Origin: Lama glama
Taxonomy: Eukaryota
Assembly: GCA_028534125.1 (NCBI GenBank)
Contig: CM052816.1
Coordinates: forward strand, 97,590,001-97,654,000
Direction: 5' to 3'
Length of the DNA: 64,000 nucleotides
Below are positions 50,419 to 63,570 of this stretch, in pieces. A program made the translations under genes and the position numbers. Positions within the stretch are counted from its first letter, which is position 1, and every line of letters starts with the position of its first letter. A model generated the notes under the pieces. That model was given only the letters and a program-made list of their open reading frames with translations, did not search any database and had not been told where the DNA came from.

Positions 50419-50872
50419 GTGCTAGGCAGTTATAAACCTCTGGGTCTTTGGATTGTGAATGTTACCTTATGTGGCAATAAAGGACTTTGCAGATGTCACT
50501 GAGTATCTCAGGATAAAGAGATCATCCAGGATTCTCCACGTAGACCCAATGCAATCACCCACATCCTAATAAGAGGGAGGCAGACGGAACTTTCTAGACA
50601 GAAGAGGACGAGACAGCATGACCACAGAAACAGAGACTAGAGTGATGTGGCCACAAGCTGAGAAGCACTGGCAGCCGCCAGAGGCCGGAAGAAGCCAAGA
50701 GCAGGGTCTCACCTGGAGCCTCTGGAGGGAGAGCAGCCCTGCTGAGACCCTGACTTTGGTCCATGATGTCAATTTCAGACTTCTTCTCCACACCTGTGAG
50801 AGAATAAGTTTCTGTTATTTTAAGCCACCGTCTTTGTAGCACTTTGTTACAGCAGCCACAGGAAGCTGATAC
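50419..50872 (+). mobile_element. MaLR LTR (MLT1B/C-like)
   Basis: TGTGAATGTTACCTTATGTGGC...GGACTTTGCAGATG, GTGATGTGGCCACAAGC, TGTGAGAGAATAA.TTTCTGTT.TTTTAAGCCACC...TTTGTTACAGCAGCCACAGGAA.CT.ATAC. Confidence 0.92.
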
Positions 50873-53800
50873 TGCCATCTTTGCAGCCACATTTCTTAAC
50901 CTTTGGAGTTGGTTATAATTGCTTGATTAGTTATGGGTCTAATATTCTTCTATATTCCTTTTACTTTATTATGAGGACACTGGTTTTAACTACTCCTTTT
51001 ATAAGACTGCGGTGGACCATCTGGACCAGGGGGACACCAGCAACAGTTGCCAAGGACTCGGGCCCTGAGCTAGGATTCACTGACAGCAGGCTTCCTGCCT
51101 GGAGGAGAACAGACACATAAGACAGCTGTGGTTCCCTGGGTATTTTGTAATACCATTTGCAGGCTTACAGTCATGCACAGAGGGAAGCCACTGTGGGTTG
51201 TAGGGATGGAATGGGAGGATTCTGGCGTTAAATATAAACAGGATAGCAAGCGGAAAGCTAACAGAGGCCGTGCTCACACCGTGCTGCAGGGAACTGATGG
51301 TGAAATGCAGACGCAGGTCAATGCCAGCTCTGTCAGGCCCCCCACAGACAAGTTTCCCATGCAGCATCTTACACACAACACCAATATCCCCACTGGGTAC
51401 ACGGGGAAACTGAGACTCAAAGGAGTTAAGGAAACTGACATCACATGGCTATTCAGTACGAGAGGAGGAATGTAAGCCAAGGTTGGTCCAACTCCAAAAC
51501 CAGGGCTCGCTTCGGTTTAGTCACTCAGCTGTCCCTACTCAACCCACCTCGTGGGGCTGCTGGAGGACACAGACGGGTGATGCCTCTCCAGGGCAACCCG
51601 TGTTGGAGCAGGAGGATCATGCCCATAACATAGGAGACACAGCAGCACGGTACATAACAGACACTCGTTTTCTGCAATTATAATTAGTCGGACGTAAAGC
51701 AAAGGGAGCGGATAACTAATCCGGCACAGGTGTGTGTGCAGCCTGATTTACCGTCCCGGGGGAGTTCGGCTCGTGTGAACTTGGCCTCAGGGGTCCCGTC
51801 TCATCTCACCGCTGCCACTTAGTCTCTGTCCGGATTTTTCTTGGCTCTTCCATGACAGCACTCAGTGTGCTAACACCCCCCCATGTTTTTGAACGCTTTA
51901 TCTTTTAAAACCCCAATTTAGACACCCTTACATAGAAGCACTGCTTCAGAATTCTTCAGAAGCGAGTCCCCCCGTTTGCTGGATTCAGCCCCATCCCATC
52001 TCAGGAGCCGCCTGCTCCCAGGATATCCTCACACACAGGCTTCCCGCCCGGGGCCTTTGCTTGCCCCCTAAATGGCCATCGCTTTTGAACCTCATCCCAA
52101 GTCTCTGCAGCCAAACAAAACACGGCCCCCTCCTCACCGTCCTTCTGCGAGGAGTTCTCTGCCGCAAATCGGTCTCCTCGACACCAGCCGTTACCTGGGA
52201 GCCCCGGGGGACCACACTCTGCCTTAACTCTCAGACCAGATCTCAACTAGCCAATTCCCTTTCAAAGCCAGCCCTCCCTCTCCAGCCGCTGTCTCCTCTC
52301 CCACCCTGACGACCCACCACGTTCAGGGCCAACCCACCTTCAGTACCGCTGTATGTCGTCTTGGCTGGTCCCCTGAAAGCCCCTCTAGCCTCGCCCGCAT
52401 CTTCCACTTCACTTCGTCTTCTGTAATTTTACTAAAACGAAGTCTGTATAAAGTCCCTCCACGAGACTGACGAGGTTGCGTTGTTCCCACACAAGCACGT
52501 CGGGCAGGGTCCTTCCTGACCCTTCCTCTCCCCTGACAAGGGCTCTGCGTCCCCGCACAAGCCTATTTATAGTCCCCTGGCGAGACGTGCCCTCCCCTGC
52601 CTTCCTGCCTTCGCCCAGGATGTTCCTATTCCCTTGGCCTGAAATATTCTTCCCAAGCTACTCAGCCCAGTGAATCCCAGTTTCCACTGATTCTCTGCAA
52701 AAGCAGCCTCTCAAGGAAGCCCCTTCTGACCTCCTCCTGCTGAGGAAGCCGCCCTTCTGTGGCCCCTCAAGGCACAGATCCTGACCTTCACTGCAGCGTC
52801 CACAGCCCTGCATGGAGGGGACTCGTTTTATTTCTGTTTCCTCCACCAAGACCTAGCCTGGGGGCTTACCTGTCCACCTTCATCACCATTCCTGGAATCA
52901 CTACAAAGGTGTTTCAAACGGTGTTGTGGACTACACACACACAGACATGGCTCAAACAAGTATAGCTTCACAGGTAAACCTAATCAGATTATGCCCCACT
53001 TGCATTTCAGGATAATGAGAGAATAAACCAAGTTTAAAAATGATAACATGGTAAAGAGCATGGATGGGAGAGAAACGGAGGCAAAAACAGAGAATGCTGC
53101 AAAAAAAGAAAAAATTTGGATTCATTAAGAAGGGATGCTTAAGAAGTAGAGTTAACTTTGCTCTAAGGCAGCTTCTCTAGTCAATGACCTAACCAGCATC
53201 CTCGATTGCTTCATGTTAAATGAGGTAGGCTGGTACTCCAAAATCAGCAGGCGGTCCGGGAGAGAAGCAATTACGGCTTTTGAGCAGCTAAGATGACACA
53301 TCTTTGGCTGCAATGTTCTCTCATGGAAGTCTTTCTGCTTTCCTCCTAATTAAAAAGGACCCAGTTTCCCTCTTTAGTGTGCTAGATACACAGCCTCATG
53401 ACTGAAATGAATAAAAATGTGTGCTTTTTCGTCACCACACTGCAGAGCTGAGGTAGAGATGCCCACACGTGCTCAGCACGCTCTAGACAGACGATGGTTC
53501 AGGACGCACGGGCTTGCGTTCAGACTTCTTTGTGCTCCACTCGCCAGACCCAAAGCTTCCTCCGTGTTTAATGAGGGGAGGATTCAAGGGGCCAAGCGTT
53601 CGGTTTGTTTGTTTTTAACCCTGGCTCCTCATCTTTCATTGAGCTGTTTGCAAGGTCTCACTTGGCCATTAACCAGGCACTGAGATGGTTGCCAGAAACT
53701 GCTTGCATTCCCTTCTAAGAACTTGCAGTTTATCCTCAAGGTCCTTAAAGAAATGGGTCCCCGGGACAAGCACAGGATACAAGTTGCACTGCACGTCCTG

Positions 53801-55167
53801 CCTTGTCACATAGTCAGCCTCTTCTGCCCCCCACCAGCTCCCCACTAGCCGAAGGTCCTGGTGAGTTTACATCACCTGCTGGGCAGCTGCCAAGATTGCC
53901 CTTCCTGCTTGTTTAGGATTAGAAAGAAAGAGGACACTGGGCAGAAAGCAGACCTGACAGCCTGCTGTGGCCCCACCCTGGTGAACATCTCCACACCGCA
54001 AGGTCGATGGTTCCCTCTTGGTTTTTGTTTCCAGTTGGTCCTTTCTGCCTGGAGGGGTAACGGCTGCCCTCACCTTTCTGATATTACTACTCAACCTCTA
54101 ACTCAATTTCTGCAATGCCTCCTTCGTTGAAGAGCAGAATCCTTTCTTCAAAAGATTGATATTGGCAAGTCGACAGTTAACCCAATTTCTAAAATGGCCT
54201 GTGTAGAAGAAAATGTTCACATTTCTGTCTGTCCATTTTTTCCAGCGGAATGTAGATGATAATTAGAGCAACGTGGGCCATCCGTCCTGCAGCAGCTCAC
54301 TCATAGAATGTGTAAGTAATGACATAAACCCACACTTTGAAAACTCCTTCACCCACGTTCTAGAAAGCAGAGCAGTCAACCCGCTAAGATGAGAGCCTGG
54401 TGTGTATCTTTGGAGCAATTTTGCCCAACAAATTGCTAAGGATTAAAGCCTGGGTTTCTTATGTTAAGTGGTGATGGTTCTCTGGGGTTATTTAAATGAG
54501 TAATTTCACATAAAATGTCACAGCCACACCAGGCACGTGGTAAGTGCTCATGAGAGCTGGTGGACTGAGGAAGGGTGGAGTCATTTCTTCTAGAAGGACA
54601 GAGAGAGACTTATTAGCCACCTGACACACCCCAAAACACAGGGGTCCGAGAAGGCCAGGTACTAGCCAAGTTCAAAGAGAGATATTCTCAAATACTTTAG
54701 AGGCGCAAATACTATATCATCTCATCTCCTCCCCATCCCACACCCACTCAAGAGCCACAACAGTAGGTGTCCCGGCAGAAGTTCCTGACACTGTCCCTTG
54801 CACAGGGGTATTTCTGATTCATACCACCATCTGCAGGATTGAACATATCCATGGAGGTTGCTCCTGCCTGGGCCATTGTAGAAGGGTTATCAGTAGACTA
54901 AATTACTTAACTTGATTAACACCGGAGAGCAGAAAGGGCTAGTAAGAAAGGCATTTTGTAAAAGCCCTTCCAGCAAAGCTGTTCTGCCATGAGAAGCCTG
55001 GCAGGAAAGAGAGACAGCTGGAAATTGTTTAAATATTTTACCTGAATGTTAGGGTCTCCTTACATTTTAATATCAGTGGTTCTTTATATGAAAGAAATGT
55101 TTTCTACAAACAAATGCATTTTTAAAATTTTGTTACATTAGGTAATTTTTAAAAAAATGTATTGCAA

Positions 55168-55315
55168 ATTAATGTTTTTGTTTTCTTCTGATAAATATCC
55201 AGGAGGGGATTTGTTAGCACCCCAGTGTTCACAGGAGCATCATTTACAACAGCCAAGACATGGAAGCAACCTAAGTGCCCACAGGTAAATGAATGGATAA
55301 AGAAGTTGTGATATG

Positions 55316-55366
<51 letters not shown>

Positions 55367-55804
55367 GAATACTATTCAGCCATAAAAAAGAATAAAGTTT
55401 TGCCTTTTTGTGGCAACACTGACGAACTTGGAGGGTACTATGCTAAGTGAAATAAGTCAGACAGAGAAAGACAAGTACTGTATGATTTCACTTATATGCA
55501 GAATTAAGGAAAAAAACAAAACAGATGAGCCAATATAACAAAGCAGAAACAGACTCACAAATATAGAAAACAAACTAGTGGCTACCATACGAGGGTGGGT
55601 GAGTTGGGAGAAGGTGAAGTAGGTGAAGGAGATTAAGAGATACAAACTTCCAGCCATAAAATGAATAAGTCACAATGTACAGCATGAGGAATATAGTCAA
55701 TACTTTGTAATAACTTTGTGTGGACTGTAATCTATAAAAACATTAAATTACTACATTAGACCTCTGAAAGTAATGTAATATTGTAAATCAACAATACATC
55801 AATT
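55168..55804 (+). mobile_element. L1 3' end with short 5' inversion, (CA)n and TSD
   Basis: 55217-55804 is sense L1. 55168-55211 is antisense L1 (PLLDIYQKKTKTLI on the minus strand). TSD AAAAAATGTATT(G/T)CAA at 55152-55167 and 55805-55820. (CA)n at about 55319-55363. Confidence 0.93.
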
Positions 55805-56184
55805 AAAAAATGTATTTCAATATCTCTGAGATACCGTTAGAAATCTGGGCTAATAGCCTTTCTTTCGCTAAACCTCTTACCCAGAACAGCCATTCTACTC
55901 ACATGGACATGAAAGTGAGGCCACATTACGTCCTGGATTTACATCCACAAGCTTCCGAAAGCACTCCTGGCCGAGGCCCACGGAGTCATGAATACCTCCC
56001 TCAGAGTTTCCTGAGTGTGCTTTTGTTAACACTTTTCACAGAAATTAAAATATCTGCTTTCTAGTGGAGATAGTGTAACACATTTATTAAAACAACGCTT
56101 ACGAGCTTGGAAAGGAAGTCACGGGGAAATCAATCCCATTGCTAACAAATCTGTGCTCCTGGCTACAATGACCTGGCCAGTTCT

Positions 56185-56344
56185 CCCGGGAGAACCCTCC
56201 CCTCCAGCCCGCATGGGGAACACAGCCCTGCTGACACCTTGACTTTGGACCTCTGTTTTCCACCACTGGGAGAGAATACACTTCTGTTGCTTTAAGCCCC
56301 TGGCTTGAGATAACTTGTTACAACAGCTCCAGGGAGTGAACACA
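56185..56344 (+). mobile_element. MaLR LTR 3' fragment (MLT1)
   Basis: CACAGCCCTGCTGACACCTTGACTTTGGAC...GAGAGAATACA.TTCTGTTG.TTTAAGCC...TTGTTACA.CAGC. Confidence 0.85.
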
Positions 56345-56987
56345 GTCATCATCTGGATTCTCCAACTGTCTGCCCTGGTGTGGGCGCTGGAAGACACCCA
56401 GAGCCATGGCAGATGGGCTCTCATTGCTGTCAGGGGGTGGACTGAGCTGTTGCCAAAAGGAAGGAGCCGTCTCAGTTTATGATGCGTCCCAAAGTGGAGA
56501 CCCAGGAGACTGACGCAGAAAGGATGAAGTTGGAAGGAAGGAGACAGAACAGAAAGCAAGTGGAGAAGAAGAGGGAGGGCAGGGGAGGTGCCGGTGGGGC
56601 AGCTGGGCTGGAGCAGCCTTGCCGGTGGTGCTCACCGCCCCAGAATGCTCGGCAGGAAGAAGCGGGCGAGCAGGGCAGGGAGGGAGCCTCGGGTCAGCAG
56701 GCGAAAAGGCAGACGAAGACTCAGAAAACACTGAAGTGGCCCTAAGAGAAACCTGTGCCTGACTTGTAGAAGGAAAAGGGAGTCGTCTGGCAGGAACTCA
56801 CTCGGTGCTTTAAGATGTCATGGCTCCAGAGAGACCAAGATGCTAAATATTCCTGATGTTCTGGGTAAAACAAGCCTCTACAACTTCCTTGTCCCCAAGG
56901 GGTCGCATACGACCACCCCAGTGGGCTTTCAGTAGGAACGTCACCTATGACTGGGTCCCCTGCTTTTACTTCATAATTTCAAATGAG

Positions 56988-57234
56988 AAGGAGCTGGGGA
57001 TTAATAGATACACATGACTATGTATAAAACAGATAAACAACAAGGACCTACTGCAGAGCACAAGGAAATATGTCCAATTTCCTGTCACAATATATAATAG
57101 AAAAGAATCTAAAAAGAAAATTACGTGTATGGATATACATGTATAAGTGATTTGCTTTGCTGTACACCTGAAACTAACATTGTAAATCAACTGTGCTTCA
57201 ATAAAAAATAAAAAATAAAAATTAATAAATAAAA
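56988..57234 (+). mobile_element. Short L1 3' end
   Basis: AAACAACAAGGACCTACTG...TTTGCTGTACACCTGAAACTAACATTGTAAATCAACT plus A-rich tail. Confidence 0.92.
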
Positions 57235-57898
57235 GCAAAGTTTGTAAACTTTTTAGCAAATGTATGCCACTGAGTTGCATTATTTTTTAAAAGATGACAT
57301 AAGAGATTCAAAGTGGGACATGGCTTTAGACGATAATGATCTCTCTCTTAAAAAACCTTAACGAAAGATGCTTGTGTGTTTTGCGTGTCTTTGTGCATGG
57401 ATCATTTTTGGAGGATTTTGAACATATCAGTTAAACTTGCAAAAAAATAAAATCCTCCTGCAAACCTGTGGGAACCAAGAACATAAGCAGACTGAGAATA
57501 TACTGGGCGCGTTATCTTCTGCTAATAACCCATCCACCAAACTCTGGGGACAGGAACATGTGTCATGGGTGAATGGCGCCTCACATTTATCTGTTGTTTT
57601 CAGAAAACCTGTTGTTTCACCTGTGGTGAAAGAGCCTTTCAGAACCAAAGACTTAACTGAGATGAATGAGGCTCTTGTTACGACAAAACAGAATTTGTCC
57701 CAAGTAGCAGGGCTGATGTCTGCCGGTATTTCTCTCTCCTTCCTGCTTCTCACGGATCTCATTGATGCAAAGTGGGCATGTGCTGACCAGCACTGAACGG
57801 AAGCAACACCGACCAAGGGGCTGAAAGAGACTTCTCATTAGTTACACACAGGTCCGCGGTGGCAATTCTGACTTGCCGTCCCCTTAAGAAGACAAATG

Positions 57899-59128
57899 TT
57901 TATTTATTTTTTATTGAAATTTTGTCAGTTTACAGTGTTAATTTCTGGTATATAGCCTAGTGATTCAGATATGATATATATATATATATATTCCTTTTCA
58001 TATTCTTTTCTTTAAAAGGTATTGAATATAGTTCCCTGTGCCATACAGTAGGACTTTGCTGTTTACCTATCTTATATACAGTATGTAGTATCTGCAAATC
58101 CCAAATTCCCAATTTATCCCTTCCCACCTCCTTGCCCCCTGGTAACTGTAAGTTTGTTTTCAATGTCTGTGAGTCTATCTCTGTTTTGTAAATAAGTTTA
58201 TTTGTGTCATTTTCTGAGATTCCACATAAAAGTTATATTATATGGTATTTTTCTTTCCCTTTCTGGCTTACTTCACATGATGTGACCATCTCCAGGTCTG
58301 TCCGTGTTGCTGTAAATGGCATTATTTTATTCTTTTATGGCTGAGTAGTATTCACGCGTGTGTGTGTGTGTGTATGCGCCACAGCTTCTTTATCCAGTCT
58401 CTGTTGATGGACATTTAGGTTGTTTTCATGTCTTTGGCTATTATAATTGGTGCTGCTATGAACACTGGGGTGCACGTGTCTTTTCAAATTAGAGTTCCCT
58501 CTGGTTATATGCCCAGGAGTGGGATTGCTGGATCATATGGTAAGTCTATTTTTAGTTTTTTGAAGAATCTCCATACTTTTTTCCATAATGGCTGCACCAA
58601 CCTGCATTCCCACCAGCAGTGTAGGGAGTTCCTTTTCTCCATGCCCTCTCCAGCATTTATCATTTATGGACTTTAATGATGGCCATTCTGACTTGTGTGA
58701 GGTGATACCTCATTGTAGTTTTGATTTGCTTTGTGAAATACAGTCTCTTCGACAAGTGGTGTTGGGAAAACTGGACATCCACACATAAATCAATGAAGTT
58801 AGACCACTCCCTCACTCTATACACCAAAATAAACTCAAAATGGCTTAAAGACTTAAACATAAGTCAGAACACCATAAATCTCCTAGAAGAGAACACATGC
58901 AAAACATTCTCTGACATAAATCAGAGACCAGTCTACCAAGGCAACAGAAATAAAAGCAAAAAAAAAAAAGTGCCTAATTAAACGTACAAGCTTTTGCACA
59001 ACAAAGGAAACTATAAACAAAATGAAAAGACAACCTAAGGACTGGTAGAAAGTATTTGCAAAAAATATGACTAACAGGGGCTTAGTTTCCAGAATATTAA
59101 CAGCTCATACAACTTAATAACAAAAAGC
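57899..59128 (-). mobile_element. L1 with 5' inversion (twin-priming structure)
   Basis: 57899-58729 is L1 3' UTR/ORF2 end on the minus strand. About 58735-59128 is upstream ORF2 on the plus strand ([11 protein letters not shown]...[13 protein letters not shown]). Confidence 0.93.
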
Positions 59129-59529
59129 CCCAAATGCCCTATTTGTCCACATCAATACGCAGCAGTTGATGCTCATAGTCACAGCACAGAGGGCAAAAGG
59201 AAATAACTGCATTAAATGCAGAATAATCAGTTCACAACGAAAGAAAAATCTTTAATTCTGTTCACAAGGATTTCCAGACAAAGTGCAAAGAAATAAAGCA
59301 GAGACCAGCACTTAAAAGGACTGTCGGCTGCTCAGAAACCTTGTCCTCTGGGGTGCTTCTTGGGCCCAGTTTTGCTAGGTAACTAAGGAGTCCTTATTTT
59401 CATAGACAAGAAAATGTCATTCATGGACATTGGAAGGATAAATAGGTGGCATATGAAATATAATTTGGTGCCCATTCAAAGGTTATTCTTAAGCACTAGC
59501 TTGAAGACAGTCCCACTTGCTTAAATAAT

Positions 59530-59845
59530 CTCCAGTTCCCGGGATGAAGGCGTGGGCTCCGTGGACCATGAGAGCAGGAATCTGACAAGACGCCATGGCT
59601 GGTCCACTAGTATCTCCTCGTTGCATCTTTGCAACCTGTCTTCCTTCAGAGAGACCGAGAGCCGCCCAGGGGGCGTGGGCGGCCCGTGTCGCGCAGCAGC
59701 CCGGTCCCTGGCTCCCGAGCATCTGAAGCAGCCCCGCTGCGCGCAGGACCGCCTGTGCTACGCGGCGCTTACCTGGCGCCGCTGAGGCTGGGACGTTGCT
59801 AACCTCCTCCGGGTTTTTCACGTGGCCGAGGTTTCAAAACCGGGC
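59530..59845. promoter_or_regulatory. Small CpG-rich island, candidate promoter/enhancer
   Basis: Local GC and CpG excess against a CpG-depleted background. EGR-type GCGTGGGCG at 59673-59681, CTCF-like CGCCCAGGGGGCG at about 59663-59675, E-box CACGTG at 59819-59824. Confidence 0.45.
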
Positions 59846-60429
59846 TGCTTTGTTCTGGTTGAGGAAGGGTCAGCCACACAGCCCCCAAGCAGCTTTGCTC
59901 CCCTTTGCTGGGTAAGCTTCCCTTTGCTTTGTGGATGTCTGTGTTCAAGTGAGTTTTGATCCAATCGATGACTCTGGAACTTTTCATTAAGCGAGTATGC
60001 AGTCCCTACCTCTGAATAATTTAATGTAACTATGCTCTTGAGGGCAATGCTTATTTAAATAAATAAGCCTATGCGAACTGAAACGCCCATTTCCAAATAT
60101 TACGCAACGGAGCAGTTCGTAATTAAAAGAATGTCTGCTTCCCATGGCCTCAGTGAGCGTTCCGGTTGCTATCACACAAGCTTAACATAAAGCAGATGGG
60201 GCACAAAGAATGAAATGTGGTTAGCCCTCACGAAGCTGAAAGTCAGGCTCTAGGAGGAAAGAAAGCGGCTGTCCTAGCACACAGCACACAGCGTCTGCAG
60301 GAGGATTAATGCCTATGTACGGTCGGCAGGTAATACATTGTGATTTATTAGCTCATAAACTCTTTGTTGTGGGGACTTTTGCCAGCCGTGTGTCCTAAAA
60401 CGAACACCTCCTGTTACTTACAAAAACCA

Positions 60430-60590
60430 AGTTAAATCCTGGATCTTCCACTTACAGAGTGACCTTGAGCAAGTTACTTTACTTCCCTGAATCTCAATTT
60501 TCTCATCTGTCCAAAGGAATGGACCAACTTCCCTCAAAGAGTGCAAATGGGAATAAAACTCGACGGAGTGCTTACCAGTGGCATATGGTA
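60430..60590 (+). mobile_element. MIR SINE
   Basis: AAATCCTGG.TC..CCACTTAC...GTGACCTTGAGCAAGTTACTTTACTTCCCTGAATCTCA.TTTTCTCATCTGT. Confidence 0.85.
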
Positions 60591-61479
60591 TTAGTATTGG
60601 TTTAAAAGTCCATTAAAATCGACGCTTAAAATCGTGTGTGCATCAATAAAAGTCTTCATGGCTGTATATCTATATACCTATATCCATCAGGAAGACTTAG
60701 GGAAGTTATAGTTTCATAGAACAATTAAGCATAAAACAGGCCAGAAGCCACCTTGAAAAGAAAAGCAGTCACTGTAAGGAGCCTGATTCAAACTGGCAGT
60801 GAGCCCCGTCTCTTAGAGAGCTGTTCACGTTCAAACGCACGTTTACGGAGTTCACGCTCCACTTCTCCCGTCCTCCAATTCATAGGACGCATTGATTTTC
60901 CACACTGTGCCAAGATCTATGCACTTGACTACATATTCATTATCTTTTCACTCCTCGGAGAAGTGTTTACGGTATTATCAGCTCAATATTTGAAATGAGA
61001 AAACAGGGACTCAGACCATCTGAGGGGCATTTCTAAAGCTGCTTCAGTGCAGAAAAGAAAAGCCAGCGTTTGCCCTTGTGTTACAGCCTCTGGGCCTGTT
61101 CAAATACTCCACGTGCCTTAAACCCCTTAGGCGTGAACCGGGTGCTGAGCGTTCCATCAACAACCCCAGATGCATGTGTGCACCCACCTCCTCTCTTTTC
61201 CCCACAGAGCAGTCTGAAAACCACAGGTCCGGTCATTTTCTCTGAAAACCACAGACCTGGTCATTTCTCACCGGGTGACCACCCAGTGGAGAGCTGGCCA
61301 CTCACCTGGGCTGAAATCCCAGCGGTGGCCCTTCACCTTGGCCATGCCCACCCTCTGGCCTCCCCTCTGGCTTCTCCATCCGCCCCCACCCTGTACGGCC
61401 CTTGCATCCCCAGTTCGTCCCAGCTTCTGCCTGGGTCCTCTTTTACTGGGCTCTCTCCTGTACATATTTCAGACTGAAT

Positions 61480-61762
61480 TAAAATTCCTGTCCTCCACAA
61501 AGCCTTCTCTGACTTATCCTGATGGCATCAGACCCCACCATTCACTCTCTCATAACACTTTATACTTTTTCTGGGTTGCATTTGTCACAATTTTTAATTA
61601 CCTATGTGTGTATAACTTGTAAGCCCCTCCACTAAACAGTAACTTCTAAGAGGGCCAGGTCTGTTTCTGTTTCCCCAATTGTTGACCCAGCTCTCTGGTC
61701 TGGCACACAGTTGGTGCACCATATTGAGTAGAATGCTGGGAAGAAGGAATGAATGAATGGAT
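61480..61762 (+). mobile_element. L2 3' end
   Basis: TCCTCCA..AAGCCTTCTCTGAC...CCACTA.AC.GTAA...GAGGGC.AGG...TGGCACA.AGT.GGTGC...GAATGAATGAATG terminus. Confidence 0.8.
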
Positions 61763-62063
61763 GACTTATCCAGTGTGCATTGACTGCAAAAGTCTTGAGA
61801 AAAGCTCAAATTATCTAACTTTGACTCACTTCCTTCTTGCTACAATGTTGACAGTTCCCAACAACCAATTAAAAAAATCTGACCTAGTGGAGAGATGAGG
61901 CAGTGGGAAGAGAGGAATCTTCACAAAAACTGGAGGTGTGTTGACTGGCAATTCATTTTCACATTTTTCGTTGACTTTATTTTCCTCTGGTCCAAAGATG
62001 GGAACCCCCCCCCCAGTCTCAATCCATTTATTTTTTATTCTCTATATTCAATAACCTTTCATT

Positions 62064-62173
62064 AACCATAATGGAAAGGAATACAAAAACACATATGTGT
62101 CTGAATTGCCTTTCTGTACACCAGAAACTAACACAACATTGGAAGTCAACTATACTTCAGTAAAATAAAATAA
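62064..62173 (+). mobile_element. Very short L1 3' end
   Basis: CTGTACACCAGAAACTAACACAACATTG.AA.TCAACTATACTTCA plus TAAAA repeats. Confidence 0.85.
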
Positions 62174-63201
62174 GAGGTCATCTTTCTTCAGAACTTTAAA
62201 GTGATCATTCTATGTGTTCTAGCATCAAGCATTGCTGTTGAACTTTTCGACGTCATTCTGATCCCCTTTTTGTTTGATCTGATTTGCTCTCATTGGATGT
62301 GTTTTTTCCTAAAAATTCTATAGATAGATGTCATCTGTACTGGTTTGGTCTCTGTCATTTTTTTCAATTCATTTAAAAGCCATCAACAAGTGGCTTCCAA
62401 TTAATGGGAATTCCATGTCCTCTTAACTCTCCTCATACCTCTTTAGGGAAGATTCAGATAAGCAGCACAGGGGCCAAAGGACCTGCTAAAATAAGAGCTG
62501 TGTGTGTTTAAGTGTGTTAAGAATTTTACGGCAGCCCTGAACTGGGATGTATATTATTTCTCCCATTTTATCTTCACGGAAACTAGGGCTGAGATGTTGA
62601 TTAAAAGCTCAAGAGCACAGTGAGCCAGGGCAGAGCCAGAGGCAGAGCCAGGGGCGACTGAAAGGGGAGGTGATCAATCCCCGACGGCCTGAGAGCTGAA
62701 TCTGAAAAGGACCCGTTGGTGCCCAGTGAGTCTTGGTGTGCAAGTCGCTCACAGGAAGCAGCACCCTCACTGTGGCCGACAGAGCAGCCAGTCCTGGAGA
62801 GCCCGATGCTTCAAGCTGTAGCTCCCCATCCGCATTGTTTCATGTATGGATTTAAGAGGGCAAAAAGCATTTCCCTTCTCAATAATTTCCTTTGGGCTGA
62901 TGACTTTAAACAGCTGTATGTCCTGCCAGGAGAAAGAGAATGAGGATGGAATCTGGAATGTTTTTACAGTAATTCTTGCACCCTCTACTCTGGCATCCCC
63001 CAGGCTTTTGGAATGACCCACAGCAGGCATTGTCAGCTCTGAAAAATTGCATCCACAAAAAGCAAATTAATTTTATGTTTCTATGCACATGATTCAGCAA
63101 GTCCTCAAATCTCTGTTCTAAGCAAAATTGGTGTAATGACCAAAAAAAAAAAATCAACTCAACAAATAAAAATATTTACCTAGTGTAATTATTTAATTAG
63201 T

Positions 63202-63570
63202 GTGATGGTTAATTTTATGTGTCAGCTTGGAAAGGCCATGGTGCCCAGTGCCTTGCAAGGACTGGTCTAGATGCTGCTGTGAAAGTAATTTTTAGAGATA
63301 ATTGCCATTGAAATTAGTGGGCTTTCAGTAAAGCAGACTACCCTCCACAATGTGGGTGGACGTCATCCCAACAGTTGAAGGCCTTGGAGCAGACTGCGGC
63401 TTCCCAGAGCAGAAGAAATGCTGCCTCTTACTGGCAACATGGAAATCCTGCACGAGTTACCAGCTTGCTGTCTTGGGAAATTCAGATAAAAGCCGGAAAT
63501 GTCAACACTTGGCCAAATTTACAGCCTGCTGGCCTGCCGAAGGATCTCAGACTCGCCAGTGAGCTAGTTC
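63202..63570 (+). mobile_element. ERVL LTR (MLT2-like)
   Basis: TGTGATGGTTAATTTTATGTGTCA.CTTG...GGCCATGGTGCCCAG and AGTAAAGCAGA.TACCCTCC..AATGTGGGTGG. Confidence 0.88.
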
